The position numbers and the translations under genes are program-made. The notes under the pieces are model-generated. The model was not told the origin of the DNA, searched no databases, and saw only the letters and a program-made list of their open reading frames with translations. A stretch of 64,000 nucleotides of DNA from an uncultured Gammaproteobacteria bacterium (GTDB taxonomy: Bacteria; Patescibacteriota; Microgenomatia; Levybacterales; UBA12049), in assembly GCA_964553245.1 (NCBI GenBank), contig CAZKJM010000001.1:145806-209805 (forward strand), given 5' to 3'. This document shows, one piece after another, positions 57,871-64,000 of this stretch (position 1 is its first letter; every line of letters starts with the position of its first letter).

Positions 57871-59040
57871 CTACTTAATATTGGCTACTCCATCTGTGGG
57901 CAGGATCTCAAACCAAATATTTCCGCGGTTGAATTCAATCTTTTTTCCATTTGCATCAAAAAGCTGTGTCCTCCCAACGCGCTTATCCTTTTTCCATGTT
58001 CCGTTTGTCTTTTTTCCATCCATTAAAATCGTTGCCTTACCCGTTCCTTTAGTTTTGTACAGTAAATGTAAATTATTTTCATATCCGTCATTAGCGCTGC
58101 TTTCTTGCATAAATAAAATAGCAATGTTTTTTGCTGTTATCTGCTTATTTGTATTTCTGTCTATATGAGGTTGCCCTCCATTATTCCTTTTGTAAACATT
58201 TAGAGTCGAATCATATATCCAGTCTACATAATAATTTGCATTTCCGTCCCAAAATTCTAGATGTGCCGTTTGAGTACTACCTCTTTCGGAAGAAGAAGCA
58301 TCATCTTTAAAACTATATTCTACAAAATCCTCATCCCAGGATTTTCCGTCTTCGTTTACATTTGATAATTTTCTGTTTTCTTTTCCATATTTCCATAACT
58401 TTTCTGTTGTGGAGTACATTGTATGCTCGGTATCGGTATCATGTCCTAGTCTTCCATAATCTCTCCAAAAAACAGGAAAGCCTATTGAAAATTGGTTTAG
58501 GTCATTGTAGCCTGTCCAACCGTAATCAGATATTTGAGATATTGCATCTGCAGGACCGGGTTGATTGGCTCCTCCAACGTGAGCATAAAGCGGAAAATCA
58601 CCGTATTCTGATGCAAAATCAAGAAAGTAAGTCCTCGCAGACCTAATCGGTCCAACTTGTCCTGCATCCTGACAATAATATAATGCCAAAAATCTTGTTA
58701 TTCCACCTTCTGCTACTGCTTCATAAACAACATCTGCATAAGATAAACCTGACTGTGGTCTTGCATTTTCGTGATTTTCTATCATTACACCAAGGGGTCT
58801 GTGTTTTTCCCACCAGCTTTTTTGTTGTTTTGAATATTTTACGCCATTTAATGGACAAGCTTCTGTTTTAGGTAATTTATCATCAAAAACTGTTTGTCCA
58901 TCCGCATTTTTAGTTGGAGAAGCAGTTGTGATTAATTCATCACCCGCTACGCCTCTTGAGAATAATAAATAAGATACACCTGTAGATGCAATATAAACTA
59001 AAATTATTAAAATTAATGTTAAGGTTTTATTATTTCCCAT
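57871..59040 (-). CDS. DUF3048 (YerB-like) membrane-anchored protein
   Basis: RPLGVMIEN...ARPQSGLS.AD.VYE..AEGGITRF, GPIRSAR.YF. ATG at 59040 sits next to the upstream stop (track start is 59052). Confidence 0.85.
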   Translation of the reverse strand: MGNNKTLTLILIILVYIASTGVSYLLFSRGVAGDELITTASPTKNADGQTVFDDKLPKTEACPLNGVKYSKQQKSWWEKHRPLGVMIENHENARPQSGLSYADVVYEAVAEGGITRFLALYYCQDAGQVGPIRSARTYFLDFASEYGDFPLYAHVGGANQPGPADAISQISDYGWTGYNDLNQFSIGFPVFWRDYGRLGHDTDTEHTMYSTTEKLWKYGKENRKLSNVNEDGKSWDEDFVEYSFKDDASSSERGSTQTAHLEFWDGNANYYVDWIYDSTLNVYKRNNGGQPHIDRNTNKQITAKNIAILFMQESSANDGYENNLHLLYKTKGTGKATILMDGKKTNGTWKKDKRVGRTQLFDANGKKIEFNRGNIWFEILPTDGVANIK

Positions 59041-59041
59041 T

Positions 59042-59506
59042 TTATTTTGCAACTCTTGCTTCCTTTATTGATTTTTTTTCTTCTTCAGACAAATCATGAT
59101 CCAGTCCTTTTCCGTTTTCTACTTTTTTTGCATACCATCTTGTCCCTGATCTGGAATAAAGGCCAGATATTACTACTCCCGTATCGTTACTGTCTAATAA
59201 AGAAAGAATAAAGCTCTGATCTCCACCTGTGTCTTTAAATGGATTAAAACGAATTAATCCTAGTTTCTGAACATGTAATTTTCCCTCTTTATCAATTTTA
59301 GCTGTGTAATCCTTAAGATTCTTTATTTCATTTTCCTGGAATCTAACATCTTTTAATAAATTTTCCAGTACTGTTTTTAAACTTTTTTCACTTATGCCTT
59401 TTGTTAATTTATTATAGTGAGAAATCGATCTCCATGAAAAAAATGTTATTAACAAAAGCCAAATCAAAACAAAAACAAACAATCCCAAAATTAAATTGGA
59501 TACCAT
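59042..59506 (-). CDS. DUF4446-like membrane protein
   Basis: N-terminal TM segment, coiled coil, RFNPFKDTGGDQSF..SLLD...GVVIS.LYSR...R.YAK, LSEEE. Confidence 0.82.
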   Translation of the reverse strand: MVSNLILGLFVFVLIWLLLITFFSWRSISHYNKLTKGISEKSLKTVLENLLKDVRFQENEIKNLKDYTAKIDKEGKLHVQKLGLIRFNPFKDTGGDQSFILSLLDSNDTGVVISGLYSRSGTRWYAKKVENGKGLDHDLSEEEKKSIKEARVAK

Positions 59507-59519
59507 AGATACTCATATT

Positions 59520-59559
59520 ATATTAGCCTCTTGACAGCCTCGTGTCAATAGTGTAATCT
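59520..59559. promoter_or_regulatory. Overlapping divergent sigma70 promoters built on a TTGACA-N6-TGTCAA palindrome
   Basis: Plus strand TTGACA(59531)-17-TAATCT; minus strand TTGACA(59548)-17-TAATAT. Confidence 0.65.
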
Positions 59560-59570
59560 AGGCTTCTAGC

Positions 59571-59879
59571 ATGGCTAAGAAGAAAAAAACTAGACAACAG
59601 AAAATAATTGCAGATTTAAGAAAACAATTATTAAAAGATAATCTTAGTAGCCAAAGGCTTCAAGAACAAAGCTTTGATAATTCATTTGAAAAAAAGCTGG
59701 ATAAAGACACCATAACCCTCAACGCTACCAAACAAAACAATCAGTTAGTTAATTTTAATTATTTAATCCATGACCTTAAAAAAACCGCAATCCTCACGTC
59801 ATCTGTTATTGTCTTGCAAATTATTCTGTACATACTTTTAACAAACCGTTTATTAATTTTGCCTGGATTAACTTATTGA
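59571..59879 (+). CDS. Hypothetical protein with basic N-terminus and C-terminal TM segment
   Basis: MAKKKKTRQQKIIADLRKQ...; hydrophobic tail; promoter directly upstream. Confidence 0.7.
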   Translation: MAKKKKTRQQKIIADLRKQLLKDNLSSQRLQEQSFDNSFEKKLDKDTITLNATKQNNQLVNFNYLIHDLKKTAILTSSVIVLQIILYILLTNRLLILPGLTY

Positions 59880-59899
59880 TTGAAAGGGGGTGATTTTAA

Positions 59900-60043
59900 A
59901 TGGCATCAATGTATTGTGTTAAATGTCGCGCAAAAAGAGAAGATCCTAATGCGGAAAAAGTAACCATGAAAAATGGCAAACCGGCACTTAAAGGAAAATG
60001 CCCAGTTTGTGGTACAGGAATGTACAAAATTGGCGCAGCCTAG
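59900..60043 (+). CDS. 47-aa zinc-ribbon protein, DUF5679-like; not in ORF track
   Basis: MASMYCVKCRAKREDPNAEKVTMKNGKPALKGKCPVCGTGMYKIGAA*: two CxxC motifs; SD-like AAAGGGGGTG upstream; terminator downstream. Confidence 0.88.
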   Translation: MASMYCVKCRAKREDPNAEKVTMKNGKPALKGKCPVCGTGMYKIGAA

Positions 60044-60092
60044 TCTCTTGAAGCTCCTATCGATAGGAAAATGATATCCTTCAAGAGCTAAT

Positions 60093-60124
60093 AAAAAAAC
60101 CTCACTTAAAAAGTGGGGTTTTTT
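60093..60124. terminator. Bidirectional intrinsic terminator
   Basis: AAAAAAACCTCACTT-AAA-AAGTGGGGTTTTTT between convergent genes. Confidence 0.8.
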
Positions 60125-60171
60125 ATTTCAAATAAATTTAAAGAATTATAATTTTGTGGAGGAATCGGTTA

Positions 60172-61758
60172 TTAATTTCCTTTATAATGGACTAATTTAT
60201 ATACCTTAACCACAGACACATCCCAACTGCCGGCAATCTCTGCTCTACCAAATCCCGCGATTTCCCAAAGAGAATTACCTAGGGGCTCACAGGGTACGCT
60301 TTCACAAACTATAAATAATTGCTCTGTAACTGTATTTCTTTGCGGATCATGAGCACTGTCTTGAATTATTACCGGAGGGTGATTCCAGATTGTAAAAAAA
60401 TATCTATAAGCATGGTCTGAATTACCTCCTGTAATTATGGCAAAATTAAATGGTTTTGCGTCTGTTTTAGTCATTATAAAATCGGCTATTGTCTTCATTT
60501 GATTTAATTGCCTGTTTGGCGGATGTCTAAATGGGATTCCATTTAAGTTTAATAGTATTAAAAATACTATTACTAAAGCTGTTATAAATTTAAATATCTT
60601 TTGCTTACTAAGAAAAAATTCTGCTGTAAAACCAATTAGGAAAAATGGCAAAGGAAATAAAAACTGAAAATAGTAGTCATAAATTGGTTTTTTATAAAAA
60701 CCGAAAAAGAATATGCCCAATATTAACCAGGTGTTAATTAAAAGATAGGGCATTAATTTTTCGTCTCTTTTTTTAATTGATTCATACATTCTAAATAAAA
60801 AATAACCAAAACTAATTAGTGATATTAAAAGAATAAATGCTGACCAACCAAATAATATGTTTTTACTGAATGATTCAATTCGCTCCGGAGGAGGAAATCC
60901 CATAACCAGCCTCGCAAAAAGTCTAAAAAAAACGTTACCGATAATTAAAAATAAATTTGAACCACCGCCTACTTCCGGAGAATTAAAAATAAATTTAATT
61001 AAGCTCGCTGTGTTTGGGAAACCATGTCTTGCTTCAAAGGCCAGATAAGGTGAAAAACCTACAAGAAAACCAAAAAAAATCATCAAATAAGGCTTTATTA
61101 CGCTTGAAAATATTTTTTTTTGCTTGTTTTTTAAAGCCCAAGAGATAAAAACATAGACAATAATTATTACTCCAACAAAAACCTCAATATAGTGAAGCTG
61201 CATTAAGATTCCATATAAAATCCCTGTGATAAAAAAGAATAAGGGCTTATTTTTATTAACCCCTTTATATAAAATATAAAGAGTAAGAAGAGTAAAGGGA
61301 GGCATTAGATTTGGATTCCAAGAAGAACGCGAATAAGCAACTACAATCGGAGAAATTGCATATAAAAAACTTGCAATTACGCCCGCTTTTCGACCAAAAA
61401 ATTCTGTTCCAATTTTATAAACTAACCAAACTGTAAATATTCCAAATAATGCAATCATTACTGCGGGACCGGCAGGATTGTAATTAAAAAACCATAAAAA
61501 CGGTGTTATGAAATAATAGTAAATCGGACCCAAAAAAAATCCTCCGACAGATGCTGTAGGACCAAGCAAAGTTAATTTACCATGAAGAATATCGTAAGCT
61601 ACTAAAACATCTCTTCCCTCGTCTCCTAAAAAAGTCATATAGTCAGAAATTCTATATAACCTTAAAAAAGCAGCAAGGGAAAGGATAAAAATAATTACCC
61701 AGTTCTTTAATATTGCGTCCGCCATCCGGCGGATAATTTTAAAAATTTGTTTCTTCAC
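60172..61758 (-). CDS. GT-C glycosyltransferase (ArnT/PMT_2-like)
   Basis: FLGDEGRD...LLGPTASVGGFFLGPIYYY, SRSSWNPN, QLHY; multi-pass. Confidence 0.85.
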   Translation of the reverse strand: MKKQIFKIIRRMADAILKNWVIIFILSLAAFLRLYRISDYMTFLGDEGRDVLVAYDILHGKLTLLGPTASVGGFFLGPIYYYFITPFLWFFNYNPAGPAVMIALFGIFTVWLVYKIGTEFFGRKAGVIASFLYAISPIVVAYSRSSWNPNLMPPFTLLTLYILYKGVNKNKPLFFFITGILYGILMQLHYIEVFVGVIIIVYVFISWALKNKQKKIFSSVIKPYLMIFFGFLVGFSPYLAFEARHGFPNTASLIKFIFNSPEVGGGSNLFLIIGNVFFRLFARLVMGFPPPERIESFSKNILFGWSAFILLISLISFGYFLFRMYESIKKRDEKLMPYLLINTWLILGIFFFGFYKKPIYDYYFQFLFPLPFFLIGFTAEFFLSKQKIFKFITALVIVFLILLNLNGIPFRHPPNRQLNQMKTIADFIMTKTDAKPFNFAIITGGNSDHAYRYFFTIWNHPPVIIQDSAHDPQRNTVTEQLFIVCESVPCEPLGNSLWEIAGFGRAEIAGSWDVSVVKVYKLVHYKGN

Positions 61759-62894
61759 TTATGAGGTTTTTTTCGCCAGATTACAAATCTATACATAGAA
61801 AAGTTATAAATTAGAAGAACCGCTGTTGCTAATACAAAATAAACATATGGCAGTGGATATTCTCTGCCAAACATTATTTCACCAAGCTGAATTAACCCAG
61901 ACTGAATAATTATTACCCCAATATTAGAACTTGCAAAAAAACCCAACATTTTAATTAAATATGTTTTTCCGTCTTTCGTACCTTCATGTTTGAATGTCCA
62001 AATATTGTTTAAATTGTAATTGGAAAATATTGCGAGCTGAGCGGATAAAAGATTTACAACACCCAAAGGCAAAGTGGTTAAACCAATCAAAATCCTATAC
62101 GCTATTAGTTGAATTAAGAATCCAGTTCCTCCAACAACTAAAAATTTACCAAAAGTTCCATAAATTAATTCCTGTATCCTCACTTTTATTACAAAAATCA
62201 GGGTCTTAATAATAGTTTCTATACCCGGAATTTTAGACTTCCCAAGAGTACGATCCTTAGCATGAAATGGCACTTCGGAAACACTAAATCCATCTTTTAC
62301 AGCATTGTATAAAAATCCGACTTGGAATGTGTATCCTGTAAATTTACCAAGTTTATCCTTTTCTTTTATAAATACTTCCTTTTTAATAGCTCTATATCCC
62401 CCTGTCCAATCATTTATTCCCTTTCTTCCAAAAAGAATTCTTATAAACATATTTCCCCAAACAGATAAAAACTTTCTATGCATTCCCCAATCTTTTGGAA
62501 TTGATCCTCCTTTACTATAACGAGTTCCTATAACAAAATCGTTTCCTTTTACAATCTCTTCTATGAAATCTGAAATTTTTGTAGGATCATGAAAAAAATC
62601 AGCATCCATTTCAAACATAACATCTGCATTCAATTTTTCTATCGCATACGTCATTCCTCTAATATAAGCTGCTCCCAATCCCTCTTTTTTACCTACTATT
62701 AAATCTAAATTCTTGTATTTAGTCATTAATTCCCTAACTATATCTGCTGTTCCATCAGGAGATGTGTCATCTGCTACTAAAATTTTTAATTGATGATCTT
62801 TAATCTTAGGAAAAACGTTTTCTTCTAATATCGTTATTAATCTTTCTATATTTCCTTTTTCGTTATATGTAGGAATAATTATTACTGCATTCAT
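61755..62894 (-). CDS. DPM1-like GT2 fused to a GtrA-type flippase domain
   Basis: IIPTYNEKGNI, DDTSPDGT, GLGAAY, MDADFFH, TGGYRA. C-terminal KFLVVGGTGF...SNYNLNNIWTF with four TM segments. Confidence 0.88.
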   Translation of the reverse strand: MNAVIIIPTYNEKGNIERLITILEENVFPKIKDHQLKILVADDTSPDGTADIVRELMTKYKNLDLIVGKKEGLGAAYIRGMTYAIEKLNADVMFEMDADFFHDPTKISDFIEEIVKGNDFVIGTRYSKGGSIPKDWGMHRKFLSVWGNMFIRILFGRKGINDWTGGYRAIKKEVFIKEKDKLGKFTGYTFQVGFLYNAVKDGFSVSEVPFHAKDRTLGKSKIPGIETIIKTLIFVIKVRIQELIYGTFGKFLVVGGTGFLIQLIAYRILIGLTTLPLGVVNLLSAQLAIFSNYNLNNIWTFKHEGTKDGKTYLIKMLGFFASSNIGVIIIQSGLIQLGEIMFGREYPLPYVYFVLATAVLLIYNFSMYRFVIWRKKPHK

Positions 62895-63859
62895 TAAACT
62901 AATTCTCCCTTAAAATATTCTACAGTCTTTTTGATTCCTTCTTCAATACTTATTTTCGGCTCCCAGTTTAATATTTTTTTTGCTCTTGAAATATCCGGTT
63001 TCCTTAAAAAAGGATCGTCTTCAGGCATATTTTCAAATATGATTTCAGAAGACGAATCGGTAATTTTTTTAACGATCTCTGCTAAGTCGAAAATGCTTCT
63101 CTCATCGGGATTACCTAAATTTATTACCTTACCTATGGCTTCTTTAGAAAATATTGCACTATTTAATCCATTAATCATATCGTCTATATAACAAAAACTT
63201 CTGGTTTGCTTTCCTTCTCCATATACAGTAATTGGTTCATTTCTAATTGCCTGATTAATGAAATTAGAAACAACTCTACCGTCGTCTTTTTGCATAAATG
63301 GACCGTAAGTATTAAATATTCTGATAATTCTTACTCTTAAATTAAATTTTCTGTAGTAGGTCATTACCATCGCCTCACCGAATCTTTTTCCCTCGTCGTA
63401 AACAGACCTTATTCCGTTTGGGTTAACATTTCCAAAATAATCTTCGTTCTGAGGACTAACTGTAGGATTTCCATAAACTTCCGATGTAGAAGTATAAAGA
63501 TATTCTGCATTCATTTTTTTTGCAATCTCTAATAAATTATATTGACCAAATGAATTAGCTAGCAGCGTTTCCATAGGGTAATTAATGTAGCTCTTTGGAC
63601 TTTTTTTATTTGGAGAGGCAGGCGAAGCAAGGTTAAAAATATGCGTAACATTTTTTATTTCTTTCTCTATTTCCCGAAGAGATTTTGAAACATCGTGCTT
63701 AATAAATTTAAAATTTGGATTATTAATTAACAACTTTATGTTTTTATCATCGCCTGTTATTAAATTATCCAAGCAAATAATTTTATTTTCTTTAATTAGT
63801 TCTTTACAGAGGTGGGAGCCAATAAAACCTGCTCCTCCGGCAACAAGAATGGTGTGCAT
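62894..63859 (-). CDS. UDP-glucuronate decarboxylase-like SDR (UDP-xylose synthase family)
   Basis: GGAGFIG, LASPASP, STSEVYG, YDEGKR, RIFNTYGP, DGRVVSNF, DDP..RKPDI. Confidence 0.85.
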   Translation of the reverse strand: MHTILVAGGAGFIGSHLCKELIKENKIICLDNLITGDDKNIKLLINNPNFKFIKHDVSKSLREIEKEIKNVTHIFNLASPASPNKKSPKSYINYPMETLLANSFGQYNLLEIAKKMNAEYLYTSTSEVYGNPTVSPQNEDYFGNVNPNGIRSVYDEGKRFGEAMVMTYYRKFNLRVRIIRIFNTYGPFMQKDDGRVVSNFINQAIRNEPITVYGEGKQTRSFCYIDDMINGLNSAIFSKEAIGKVINLGNPDERSIFDLAEIVKKITDSSSEIIFENMPEDDPFLRKPDISRAKKILNWEPKISIEEGIKKTVEYFKGELV

Positions 63860-63866
63860 AAATAAA

Positions 63867-64000
63867 TTATTTGGTGTTTTTTTCGCGCTCTATGTCGGCT
63901 TTAACCATTATTTCTACTAATTGTTTAAAACTGGTTTTTGGTTTCCAATCTAAAACTTTTCTCGCTTTACTGGCATCTCCAATTAAATAATCTACTTCTG
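63867..64000 (-). CDS. gmd: GDP-mannose 4,6-dehydratase, C-terminal fragment (gene starts beyond the right edge); not in ORF track
   Basis: Hand translation: [43 protein letters not shown]. Confidence 0.82.
   Translation of the reverse strand, partial: EVDYLIGDASKARKVLDWKPKTSFKQLVEIMVKADIEREKNTK

Noticed and set aside
1-64000. CRISPR array, cas genes, intact integrase or transposase, prophage, rRNA
   Set aside because: No regularly spaced repeats, no such protein motifs and no rRNA-like stretch were seen by eye.
1-64000. Alternative genetic code (TGA=Gly, as in Gracilibacteria/Absconditabacteria)
   Set aside because: Conserved genes are full length under code 11, and TGA ends genes at ATGA overlaps (for example 2167 and 57282).

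Overview
AT-rich, densely packed bacterial chromosome segment. Genetic code 11 applies (TGA is used as a stop). Gene content and style point to a Patescibacteria/CPR genome, probably Microgenomates; this is an inference. Positions 1-36.6 kb hold a nearly all-minus-strand surface-glycosylation supercluster: 15 multi-pass GT-C-type glycosyltransferases of five subfamilies, 7 GT2s (3 resembling polyprenol-phosphate-sugar synthases), an ALG11-like GT4, a Wzx flippase and a methyltransferase. A second module (gmd, uxs, GT2-GtrA fusion, GT-C) lies at 60-64 kb. Between them are housekeeping genes (lon with a CIRCE operator, gltX, aspS, recJ, cca, metK, yqeY, secD, secF, a D,D-carboxypeptidase, dgkA, PAP2) and two tRNA genes without encoded CCA (Glu-CTC, Gln-CTG). 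The most unusual structure not explained by the gene calls: each tRNA is followed by a single-gene accessory unit closed by a degenerate copy of the tRNA 3' end, 569 and 568 bp away, with a third related site one gene further on at tRNA-Gln. This suggests tRNA-anchored cassette accretion with no integrase in the window. Also found: a structured leader that sequesters the SD and AUG of an RRM + DEAD-box operon, an attenuator-like leader before an orphan gene, several leaderless-type promoters, and three real genes missing from the ORF track. Family names come from motif recall, not from database searches.
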